Shown here: positions 28,084 through 36,385 of the stretch, in pieces
Layout: each line of letters opens with the position of its first letter
Position numbering within the stretch: position 1 is the first letter of the stretch
Assembly: GCA_963809895.1 (NCBI GenBank)
Contig: CAWELD010000003.1
Coordinates: 1,024,001-1,088,000, forward strand
Length of the DNA: 64,000 nucleotides
From: an uncultured Gemmatimonadales bacterium
GTDB lineage: Bacteria > Gemmatimonadota > Gemmatimonadetes > Longimicrobiales > Gaopeijiaceae
Reading direction: 5' to 3'
Made by a program: the position numbers and the translations under genes
The notes under the pieces: model-generated
Database searches by the model: none
The model's input: only the letters and a program-made list of their open reading frames with translations
Told to the model about the DNA's origin: nothing

Positions 28084-28992
28084 CTACCGCGACCTCCCTG
28101 CCGTCGTCCTCCGGAAAGCATCCAGCCACTCCTTGCCCGCCTCGAGGCTCACCGCCTTCGTCAGCGCGCCGTAGGCAAGTTCGGCATTCTCAGGCCAGTC
28201 CCCTGTGGAGACGACCGCGACCAGGACCCAACTCCCGTCGACTTCCCGGAACACCGCACCTCCGGAGTCGCCCTTGTAGGTGGTGAACTCGAGCGGCAGG
28301 AGGTCAGGAGAGCCGAGACGGTTGAGCTCCGAGAAGCCAATGCCATCGAAGTCGGCGATGAGGGTGGACCTCGGGTAGAGCCCCCCTCCGTTTGCGGGAG
28401 ATACCGGCGGACCGATGCTGTCGATCACATTCATTCCGCCCATGCGTCCACCCGGGAACTGGAAACCCGACGCCGAGCCGTCGGCCGGGCCTCCAAGTCC
28501 CCACCCGATCAGGGCGACCTCCGTGCCGAGCGGCACCGGCTCCGTCGAGACGGTGACTGGCGTCACACCCTCGACCGGGGCGTCGAGCCCAACCAGGGCG
28601 AGATCGATCTGCTGGAAGCTCCCGTTCGCCTCAGGATGGAGACGCACTTGGGAAACGGCCCGGGTGGTGCCATCGGCGAGGACGAAGCGCTCGTCGTCTC
28701 GCCCCTCCTCCGTGAACAACCGAGCGACGTGCGCGGCTGTGAGAACCCGATCCGCGGCCACGAGCGTCCCGCTGCCGCTGGGGCCATCCCCACGCGTGAA
28801 GGCTCCGACGGCCGCGAACTCGGGGCGACCGGCGAAGGCAGCGTACGCCTCGCGGGGGACGTCGTGCCGGTAGACACCGCTGGATGGTGTCTCCGCGACC
28901 TCGGGCTCGTCGCTACGACGCGACCCGTCATGCGACGGACCAGGAGCCGTCGCTGCGAGGAGCGCGAGCGCGAAGAAGCGTCGGGGGCGCAT
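28084..28992 (-). CDS. Secreted trypsin-like (S1) serine protease
   Basis: Signal peptide; LTAAH, IDLAL, GDSGG catalytic triad. Confidence 0.9.
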   Translation of the reverse strand: MRPRRFFALALLAATAPGPSHDGSRRSDEPEVAETPSSGVYRHDVPREAYAAFAGRPEFAAVGAFTRGDGPSGSGTLVAADRVLTAAHVARLFTEEGRDDERFVLADGTTRAVSQVRLHPEANGSFQQIDLALVGLDAPVEGVTPVTVSTEPVPLGTEVALIGWGLGGPADGSASGFQFPGGRMGGMNVIDSIGPPVSPANGGGLYPRSTLIADFDGIGFSELNRLGSPDLLPLEFTTYKGDSGGAVFREVDGSWVLVAVVSTGDWPENAELAYGALTKAVSLEAGKEWLDAFRRTTAGRSR

Positions 28993-29000
28993 GACCTCTC

Positions 29001-29065
29001 CCGGACCTTGTCTGAGGGGGGCTGGTCCGCAGACAGGATCGCATCGATCGCATCTCGTCCGCAAG
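29001..29065 (-). repeat. Conserved 5' leader, copy A (similar to 31092-31156)
   Basis: Shared blocks CCGGACCTTG, GCTGG, ACAGGAT, CGATCGCA, CCGCAAG in the same order and spacing. Confidence 0.75.
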
Positions 29066-29164
29066 CACTGTGGCCTCCGAAACAGGTAGGCTCGTACTTT
29101 GTCTGAGCGGAGCTGAGTGGGACACGGCTCGCACACTCCTGAACAGGCGTCGGAGGCGCAACGG

Positions 29165-29650
29165 ATGAATGCCGAAGTGTCGGTCCCTGGAGTCGAGGAA
29201 GAAACAGCCCTGGAGGTCAGGGCGGCCCAGCCGAGCACGGGCACTCGCTCCAAGATCACGGGCACCCTCGCTGCCATCGGGGGGATCTGCGGAATTGGAG
29301 CAGGGGTGGCGCTCACCTACCTCGGCAACGTGATCTCCGGGTACCCGATACCGCCCACCCTGGGGATCTACGCGTGGAACGCCAGCATCATGGGGGCGAT
29401 CGGCGCGACACTGGGCCCGCCGCTGGCGTGGTCCATGCTCCGCCGCGTGCCGCTGTGGCGGACCCTGGTCGAGCCTGCCGCCGCGGCGGTCGGGGCGAGC
29501 GTGCTTGCGATGCTCTTCGCGCCGCCGGTCTTCCCGTTGGCAGTTCCGGCCGCGGTCACGGCGGCCGCTCTGAGACTCCGGTGGGAATACCGAGACGTGG
29601 AGGCCGAAAGATCGTCGCCTGAGTCGGACCCGCCTGTTCTCACCGAGTAG
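29165..29650 (+). CDS. Hypothetical membrane protein
   Basis: About four TM segments, LRRVPLWR loop. Confidence 0.6.
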   Translation: MNAEVSVPGVEEETALEVRAAQPSTGTRSKITGTLAAIGGICGIGAGVALTYLGNVISGYPIPPTLGIYAWNASIMGAIGATLGPPLAWSMLRRVPLWRTLVEPAAAAVGASVLAMLFAPPVFPLAVPAAVTAAALRLRWEYRDVEAERSSPESDPPVLTE

Positions 29651-29655
29651 GGGCC

Positions 29656-29709
29656 GAAAACGCCACGAGCCCGGCAAGGTCTCTCGACCTCACCGGGCTC
29701 GTCGTTTTC
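29656..29709. terminator. Bidirectional terminator-like hairpin beside the att repeat
   Basis: GAAAACG..ACGAGCCCGG / CCGGGCTCGT.CGTTTTC inverted repeat. Confidence 0.65.
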
Positions 29710-29756
29710 CAGAGCGGGCGACCGGGCTCGAACCGGCGACCCTCAGCTTGGGAAGC
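29708..29756. repeat. att site (duplicated 3' part of tRNA-Gly)
   Basis: 49-bp exact match to 46024-46072. Confidence 0.95.
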
Positions 29757-29848
29757 GTCGGAAGCGCGACGGACCGCTGCAGGATTCCGCGCAGTTATGC
29801 CATTTCTGCCCCCGACGCCAGCGGTGGGCGGCGGTCGTCAGCGGTGGG

Positions 29849-29879
29849 CGTGGGCACTGATTCTGTCACTGCGGCCCAC
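29849..29879 (+). repeat. Putative integrase arm-type binding site
   Basis: CGTGGGCACTGATTCTGTCACTGCGGCCCAC, 29/31 identical to 45933-45963. Confidence 0.75.
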
Positions 29880-30035
29880 GTCCGCACCGGCCCCGGGTCG
29901 CCCTCAGCGGTGGGCCGGGCCCTTCAGTTCAGGAATGGCCCCGAGCGACCACCATCTGAACCTCCCTGGAAACGAGAACGGCCGCCCTGAACATCGGGCA
30001 ACCGCTGTCGTTTGGGGATGGCTGGATGGGACGAC

Positions 30036-30239
30036 CTATCGGCCGTTCTGTTTCGCCCGAAGTCCAGGAAGCATGAGGTCGTCGAAGGCGACATCCGACC
30101 AGCCCTCGGAGCCCGTGTCTCCCAAGGCAACAAAACTGAGGCCGCGGATCTGGTCATGGGGAAACGCCGTGAGCGTCGCAGATTGCGGACACTCTTCCGA
30201 TGGGTCGGGAATCGTCAGTTTGCCAATCACCACGTCCAT
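30036..30239 (-). CDS. Small hypothetical protein
   Basis: GAGGAG RBS, immediately downstream of the Ntn gene. Confidence 0.3.
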   Translation of the reverse strand: MDVVIGKLTIPDPSEECPQSATLTAFPHDQIRGLSFVALGDTGSEGWSDVAFDDLMLPGLRAKQNGR

Positions 30240-30255
30240 CGCGCTCCTCGCTAAT

Positions 30256-31080
30256 CTAGGAAGGAAACAAGTGCGGCGTGCCATCGGGCACCTCACCTCG
30301 AATGCGCTTCTCCTGCACGAAACTAAGGCCCTCGGACCTTGTCAGTGTTGCTACGTCGATGGGGCCGCCACAGCCCCGCATTACCACCGAGAGCCGCTGT
30401 GCCGCAATCGTCGTACGGATAAAGAACAGGGCCAGATCCACGCAATCCTCCAAGGGGAGTGCCTGGACGGGCACTTTCATCTGAATAGCGGCGGCCTTGG
30501 CCTGGAAGGCGTCGATGTTCTCCTCGGCTATACCCGACTCCCTCATGAGCTCTACCACGCGATGGTCGTACCCGCGCACGAGCCGGTCGACATACTCACG
30601 CTGCCCTCCCCAGGTGAGTCCGAACTGGTTCGCATCATGCCTTGCGATGGGGTTTGCGGAATGGGGCAGGTTCAATTCGTATACCTCGCCGTACGCCTTC
30701 TTGTCGTCGTACCCAGCGATAATCATGGTCATCGGCTGGCCCACGTACTGCTGGTTTCCCAGCTGCTCGTTCCACCGCTCAACAAAGAAGTGCCCGATTC
30801 GCTCCGAGTATGCCTTGATGGACAAACGCTCGTCGGGTAGATGGGACTGCAGTTCCGGCAGATAGCTATGCGCGGTGCGAAGTCCGATCGCGGCCTGGCC
30901 CCACGTGACGATGCCCACATGCTGGTGGGGCTCGACGCCGAGGCCGAAGAGCTTCACCGCATTGTCGTAGCTGATGTACAGCGGGTGTCCCAGAATCGGC
31001 GAATCGGTTTGCAGGGTGACGCGCGATTCGGCCGCGAGCACGATTCCGCTCGGGGACTTGATGGCGATGCCAAGACTCAA
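30256..31080 (-). CDS. Proteasome-beta-like Ntn-hydrolase family protein
   Basis: TTG start with GGAG RBS; (M)SLGIAIK..GIVLAAESR..VKLF, IIAGYD, GGPIDVATLT. Confidence 0.7.
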   Translation of the reverse strand: MSLGIAIKSPSGIVLAAESRVTLQTDSPILGHPLYISYDNAVKLFGLGVEPHQHVGIVTWGQAAIGLRTAHSYLPELQSHLPDERLSIKAYSERIGHFFVERWNEQLGNQQYVGQPMTMIIAGYDDKKAYGEVYELNLPHSANPIARHDANQFGLTWGGQREYVDRLVRGYDHRVVELMRESGIAEENIDAFQAKAAAIQMKVPVQALPLEDCVDLALFFIRTTIAAQRLSVVMRGCGGPIDVATLTRSEGLSFVQEKRIRGEVPDGTPHLFPS

Positions 31081-31091
31081 TGTCGCCTGCT

Positions 31092-31156
31092 CCGGACCTT
31101 GCCTGGGGGAGCTGGATTCGGCAACAGGATTACGCCGATCGCACCTCGACCGCAAG
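31092..31156 (-). repeat. Conserved 5' leader, copy B
   Basis: Similar to 29001-29065; lies just upstream of the Ntn gene start. Confidence 0.75.
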
Positions 31157-31267
31157 GACACGCGCTCCTTACACGGGACGCGCGCCCCCATACTTGACAA
31201 AGTACCCGCATCAGGTTATTGATGTGATGAGGGCCCCCCCAGACCCCTCCCACTGGGTGGTCATGTC

Positions 31268-32323
31268 ATGGTGTCTCACCTCGTCTTCGGGGCTCTTCTT
31301 ACCGTCGCCCAGCAGCCGGTTCAGGTTGCACCCGCCACCGATTGTCCGGACCCAGGTTGCGGGTATTCGCTCGCCACAGAAGTGGAGCTCGAGCCTACGG
31401 GGCGGTCTATCAGCATCGGTCGCACTAATGATTCGGGAAGGACGTTCGCGGTAATCGGGAGCGCTGTCGACCAAGTCCTCGTGTTCACCCCGGACGGCAC
31501 TCGGACGAGTTCGGTCGCCTACCCTCCGGTGGGCTCGTACGTCAACATCTACTCGCTCGTCCCAGCCGCGGACTCGATGATCGCCTTTGACCGGGCTGGG
31601 CCGAGTCTCTCCGTGATTGATCGGAACCTCCGTGTTGCTCGCACGGAGCGATTCCCGATGCCGGTCTTTGACGCTGTGCGTCTTGGAGACGACGCCTTCC
31701 TCGTGAACGCTGAGATGAACACGCCGGAGCGGGTCGGGCTTCCCCTTCACGTCGTCCGGAATGGAGAGATCGTGCGCTCGTTTGGTTCTGCGCATGGGGT
31801 GTACCGACCTGACTTCTCGTATCTCACGCGGCGCGAAGTGGCCCTCGCATCCTCGGGCGAACTCTGGGCAGCCAGGAAGAGCGAGTATCGCCTTGAGTCA
31901 TGGGGGAACTCGGATGAGGCGCCCGACAAGGTGCTCGCGGTTGACCTCCCGGGCTTCGAGCCCTGGAGCAGCGGCCCCCGGAGCCCTAGCGATGGAAATG
32001 GGCCTCGCGGACTCCTAGAAGACCTATCCATCGATGAGCAGGGCTACCTGCGCGTAATCGTCACCGTTAGAGATGTCGATTGGCGTGATGCCGCATCGCT
32101 CCGCGGCGAGGGAGCCTCTAGCGCCTATCTCCCGACTGACCTGTCCGGCTACTTCGATTCGTACGTGGACATCATCGATCCCGTTAGAGGCGTCCTTGTG
32201 GCCCGGCTCTGGTCTGATGCGTACCTCACCACCTTCCTCGACCCGGAACATGCGATTGCCAACGTCGGACCGAGGGAGTCCCCGCGAACATCCATCGTCA
32301 GGATTCAAGTCAAGCGACCGTGA
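31268..32323 (+). CDS. Secreted beta-propeller protein
   Basis: N-terminal CxxxxC, VLVFTPDG, LHVVRNGEIVRSFG, YVDIIDPVRGVLVA blade-like motifs. Confidence 0.7.
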   Translation: MVSHLVFGALLTVAQQPVQVAPATDCPDPGCGYSLATEVELEPTGRSISIGRTNDSGRTFAVIGSAVDQVLVFTPDGTRTSSVAYPPVGSYVNIYSLVPAADSMIAFDRAGPSLSVIDRNLRVARTERFPMPVFDAVRLGDDAFLVNAEMNTPERVGLPLHVVRNGEIVRSFGSAHGVYRPDFSYLTRREVALASSGELWAARKSEYRLESWGNSDEAPDKVLAVDLPGFEPWSSGPRSPSDGNGPRGLLEDLSIDEQGYLRVIVTVRDVDWRDAASLRGEGASSAYLPTDLSGYFDSYVDIIDPVRGVLVARLWSDAYLTTFLDPEHAIANVGPRESPRTSIVRIQVKRP

Positions 32324-32401
32324 ACTGTATCTTCCTTGGGGGAGGGGGTTCCGAACCAAATCGTTGCTTGCATCGTTCACGTATACACGTAGGAGTCTGA
32401 T

Positions 32402-32908
32402 ATGAGGAAGTTGTTTGGAGTTTCGGCCCTCTGCCTCGGCATCTTCATCGTGGCAGCCGGTTTTACGTTCCATGCTTCGCCCGCGCATGTCGCGACCGCG
32501 GCAGAAGCAGAAGCGCTGTTGAGCGCCCCCATGAACTTCCGGGAGGCCCGCGTCGGTTGCGTAGCCTGCGATATCTGCGGGGATGATGGGCATCTGACAA
32601 TCTCCAACCCAGAGGCCCTGAGAAGCGGACTCGTCCACAACTGCTACGACCAATACAACAACTGTGATTTCTGGCACCCCGCGGACTGCACGGTTCAGGA
32701 GGACGTGCAGGAGGTCGACCTGGCCGCGCTGTGGCCAACGCTCACCGACGGGACCACCGATGAGATTCGAGGGATTCTTCAGAGGATGCCTGAACGCGTA
32801 TACCTCAACGTGGACCGGAGTTCACTTCAGGTACTCGGATGCAGCGGCGCCGTCATTGCGAACCTACCGCTTGCACCCGAGAGCGTCGCGGCGTTAGCTC
32901 AAGACTAG
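32402..32908 (+). CDS. Secreted Cys/His-rich small protein (168 aa)
   Basis: AGGAG RBS; signal peptide; CxxCxxC..H..HNC..C..H..C core; C-terminal LQVLGC.G.VIANLPL. Confidence 0.8.
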   Translation: MRKLFGVSALCLGIFIVAAGFTFHASPAHVATAAEAEALLSAPMNFREARVGCVACDICGDDGHLTISNPEALRSGLVHNCYDQYNNCDFWHPADCTVQEDVQEVDLAALWPTLTDGTTDEIRGILQRMPERVYLNVDRSSLQVLGCSGAVIANLPLAPESVAALAQD

Positions 32909-32945
32909 CCGGCGGTTTGGTTGCCCCTCCCCCAAGATTCTATCG

Positions 32946-34154
32946 ATGCCCACCGAGAGCTACGTCGACTTCCCCCGATCACTCAACGTGTCACGAGCGG
33001 CATCGGTTGCGGCCCTGCTTTTGCTCCTTGCGGCGTGCGGGACGGACGGCACGGTGCCGAGGATGCCCGAGTCGATGGATACGCTCCACCTCTCCAGCGA
33101 GGTCGTCATCGGACGTGAGCCAGAACAGGCCTTTGGCCACATCACCGCTATTGGCACCGCATCAGATGGGACTGCTCTGGTAGCGGACTCCTATTCTGGA
33201 CAGCTACGTGTCTTCAGCCCGGAAGGAGAAGAGCTCGCCCGCTTCGGCAGAACTGGTCAGGGCCCTGGCGAATTTGGCCTGGTCACTGCGATTTCTTCGG
33301 TGGGCGACACGCTGTGGGCGATAAGGGATGTCTCAAACGCCCGGGTCACGATTGCTTCCATGGGAGGAGAGTTTGTGACCTCTTGGTCAGCAGCCGGCGT
33401 AGAATTCTCAGGTACCAAGGGCTTGGTCACTACACCCAGCGGCAACCTGGTCCTCACCTCCTTCGAGTCAGGAGCTATTGTTGCGGAGACAAGGTCTCCT
33501 TCGGGTGCGGAAGTTGGCAAGCCCGTACGATTCCCTATGACTCACTTCGATGCCTGTCCCAAGCAACTCATCGCCGGCCCAGGTACACCGGTCATTCCCC
33601 TCTCGTCGTCTCTCCAGTGGTCCATCGCCCCTCAGGGCGGGATCTATTTCAGCTGTGGAGACGAATTTGAGGTCAGCATTGAGACATCAGCCGGGACGGA
33701 CAAGACTATCAGGAGCGTGACGCCCCCAGTGAGCGTCTCAGCTGGTGAGCGGGACTTCTACCGTGATTGGATCAATAACCGGATGCATGTCCGTAACCCT
33801 CGATGGCGATGGGACGGAAGCAACATCCCAAGCACCAAGCCACCCATCCTTGGCCTCTACGCGACCGATCGAGCTGGTTTGTGGATCGCCCTGCCGAGGC
33901 CTGGGGCTCCGGAGCCCAAACCCCCACGAGCTTCGGAGGTGGATCCCGATCCATTTTGGTTCTCTCCGAAGAGCTTCGAAGTCATCGGGCTTGATGGTCA
34001 CCCGCTCGCAATCGTTGAAGGGGATAGACACATCCAGTTGACCGTCGACCCATCTCCATGGATTGGTGGACTCTGGGCTGTGTCGACGGATCCCATTGGG
34101 ACGCCTCTTCTCGTCCACTATCGGCTTGATCAACCACTCCGGTCACTGCGATGA
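32946..34154 (+). CDS. 6-bladed beta-propeller lipoprotein
   Basis: LAAC lipobox; LRVFSPEG..FGRTGQGPGEF; FEVIGLDGHPL. Confidence 0.8.
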   Translation: MPTESYVDFPRSLNVSRAASVAALLLLLAACGTDGTVPRMPESMDTLHLSSEVVIGREPEQAFGHITAIGTASDGTALVADSYSGQLRVFSPEGEELARFGRTGQGPGEFGLVTAISSVGDTLWAIRDVSNARVTIASMGGEFVTSWSAAGVEFSGTKGLVTTPSGNLVLTSFESGAIVAETRSPSGAEVGKPVRFPMTHFDACPKQLIAGPGTPVIPLSSSLQWSIAPQGGIYFSCGDEFEVSIETSAGTDKTIRSVTPPVSVSAGERDFYRDWINNRMHVRNPRWRWDGSNIPSTKPPILGLYATDRAGLWIALPRPGAPEPKPPRASEVDPDPFWFSPKSFEVIGLDGHPLAIVEGDRHIQLTVDPSPWIGGLWAVSTDPIGTPLLVHYRLDQPLRSLR

Positions 34155-34225
34155 GGCCTCGGCCGGCTGAATGTTGTCTAACTCGCGTCCGACGACCATC
34201 GTCGGGGAAGCAGGCTTGATCCTGG

Positions 34226-34393
34226 ATGGATGACGCGAGAGCAGGTGCTTTCCCGACCCTTGCCGCGGCGGCCAGGACCTTCGAAGTCTGGCGATACATC
34301 TTCGGAACGGAGGACCCTGAATACCCCAACGTGCGTTTCCCGCGCGCTTTGAGCGCGGCCATCAGGACGGTGGTCGAGGAACGTCTGGAGTAA
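34226..34393 (+). pseudogene. Short ORF, possibly a gene fragment (HEPN-like FEVWRYIF)
   Basis: 55 aa; resemblance to a HEPN-type C-terminus by eye only. Confidence 0.2.
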
Positions 34394-34666
34394 GCTCACG
34401 CGCCGAGCGCAAGGAGGCTCGCCATGCGCCGCATCGCACCACGCTGGGCCACGCCGTACCTGCTGCTGCTCATCGCTCCCCCGAGCTCGGCGGCCGCCCA
34501 GGACGCCGTCGTCTCCCGGAACGTGAACCTCCGGCATGACCCCTCAACGAACCAGCCGGCGATCCGGCTGATGCTGCCCGGCGCCGAGCTCTTCGTCCTG
34601 GACGGACAAGCCCGAACCAATGGCTACTACCACGTCCGCGCGATGGACGGGGCCGAGGGCTGGGCC

Positions 34667-36002
34667 GGGCCGGACCAGACTGGCAGATAGGTAACACTTC
34701 AGACCGACCACATGGGTAACGGCCACAGGATACTAGCGTCGCCTCCTCGTTTGTGCACCGATGCGGCGGAGACGGCCGTGCTGCTCGTCGAGAATGGCCA
34801 CGAGGCAGGGGCCGAGGTAGATATTCCAGTCTCCGCAGTCCTGGAAGTCGAGGCCCAGCGTTTCGCCGCGTAGGGTCTCGCTCACAAAGTACTCTTGGCC
34901 CCGCCATCGCATCTGCCCGTGTCGCGTGACCCGGCGGGTTTCAAATCGATCCGGATAGGAAAGCGCTTCCGGCTGTTTGGGCATCGCTGTGTTCGACGGC
35001 GTGTAAAGGCTGGCCGGTGTCTTCAGGTCGAGCGCTTCGTGCGGCCGTTCCTCATTGTAGATTCGTCGGAAGCGGTTGAACGCTCTTTGCTGGAGTTCCC
35101 GTGTCCGAGCGGGCGGCCGGGTCGCCTCAGCCTTCAGCGTCCGATGCATGCGCTCATGGGCGCCGTTGTCTTCCGGATGCCGGGGTCGGGTCCGCTCGAG
35201 CCGGATGCCCAATCGGATCCACCACACCGCGAGTTGAGACAGGCCCGCGATGGCCTGGGTGCTGAAAGGGACGCCGTTGTCCGTCCGGATGACCTCGGGA
35301 AGCCCGAAGGCACGGAAGACGCGCTCGAACCCGGCCCGAGTGCCGGCGGTCGCGGTGCTCGGCAATCCACGGCAGTCGAGCAGGAATCGACTGTGCGCAT
35401 CAACGATGGTGAGCGGGTAGCACAGACGACCGCTGCCCAATCGGAACTCACCCTTGAAGTCCGCCGTCCAGACACGGTTGGGAGCATCGGCCTCCGTCCG
35501 GGCCGGACGCCACACGCTGGGCTTCATCGTACGTCGCCTGCGCGGTTTCGTGAGGCCTTCCCGCTTGAGGATCGAGCCAATGGTGCTGCAGGCCGGCCAA
35601 CGTGCTCGAGGGCGCGCCTGCTCCAGCCATGCCTTCAGCTTTCGAGGCCCCCAGGTCGGATGCTCCTTCCGAAGCGCGACGATTTCATCAACTGTCGCCT
35701 GCGGCGTCGCTTCCCGCTGTCGGTGGGGAGCTCGCGAGCGATCCGCGAGGCCCGCCAACCCTTCCCGCCGGTACCGGTCAAGCCATTTGTACCCGACGCG
35801 TCGACTGACGCCGTACCGGGCACAGACCTCCGTCATCGAATCCCAACCCTCCAGAGCCTCCAACACGAACCGGATCCGTTCGTCCATCGGACAGGTCTCA
35901 CTCCACGGCATCGAGCACCTCGTGGCTGTAGGTGCTCTAGGTTGCGTTGAGTGTTACCTATGTGCTCGGATTATTCTGTTACCCCTGTGCCCGGTCCGTA
36001 CC
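34667..36002 (-). mobile_element. IS481-family insertion sequence
   Basis: Transposase plus imperfect inverted ends with repeated GGTAACA motifs; GCC at both junctions; exact ends uncertain. Confidence 0.85.
34733..35911 (-). CDS. IS481-family DDE transposase
   Basis: MPWSET.PMDER, WTADFKG, IRTDNGVPF, NGAHERMHRTLK, YNEERPHEAL. Confidence 0.95.
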   Translation of the reverse strand: MPWSETCPMDERIRFVLEALEGWDSMTEVCARYGVSRRVGYKWLDRYRREGLAGLADRSRAPHRQREATPQATVDEIVALRKEHPTWGPRKLKAWLEQARPRARWPACSTIGSILKREGLTKPRRRRTMKPSVWRPARTEADAPNRVWTADFKGEFRLGSGRLCYPLTIVDAHSRFLLDCRGLPSTATAGTRAGFERVFRAFGLPEVIRTDNGVPFSTQAIAGLSQLAVWWIRLGIRLERTRPRHPEDNGAHERMHRTLKAEATRPPARTRELQQRAFNRFRRIYNEERPHEALDLKTPASLYTPSNTAMPKQPEALSYPDRFETRRVTRHGQMRWRGQEYFVSETLRGETLGLDFQDCGDWNIYLGPCLVAILDEQHGRLRRIGAQTRRRR

Positions 36003-36385
36003 GCCTACTCTCCGCGGGTCCGCATCCTCCCCCCTCCCCCACCTGGCCCCGAGGCGATCTTCAACAACTGCCCGCTCGAGGGGAACGCGGCCCGGGAGGA
36101 CACCCAGGCCCAGAACCGGCTGAAGAACCGGACGACGGCGCCCCAGGCCAGCGACATCAACCCGGCGATCACCCTCCAGGCCGGCTCCGAAGCCGGCGGC
36201 CTGGAGGTCCGCGCGCCCCTCGGTGGCTGCGCTCGTCGGGCATCTCTTCAAGGAAGGAAGGTGCAGGCGGGGCTCGCGGCGCTGGGTAGGTTACGCCGGA
36301 GCAATTACGCTGACTAGGCAACCGCCTGCGCGAAGGACGTGGGCGCTCCAAACGGCCCGGAAAACCGACGCCACACGCCCTCCGC

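Larger units (their letters stand above)
34424..36317 (+). pseudogene. Secreted SH3-domain protein interrupted by IS481
   Basis: NVNLRHDPST..GYYHVRA.DG.EGWA ends at ~34666 and resumes AYSPRVRIL..CPLEG..NRLKNR at ~36003. Confidence 0.7.

Noticed and set aside
29708..29756. Apparent second tRNA-Gly
   Set aside because: Only the 3' part is present; the D-arm and 5' acceptor strand are missing, so it is the att duplicate
32402..32908. CxxCxxC as a radical SAM, ferredoxin or heme motif
   Set aside because: Spacing is not CxxxCxxC, there is no CxxCH or fourth CP cysteine, and the protein is secreted
34895..35950. 351-aa plus-strand ORF inside the IS
   Set aside because: Antisense shadow of the IS481 transposase with no recognisable motifs
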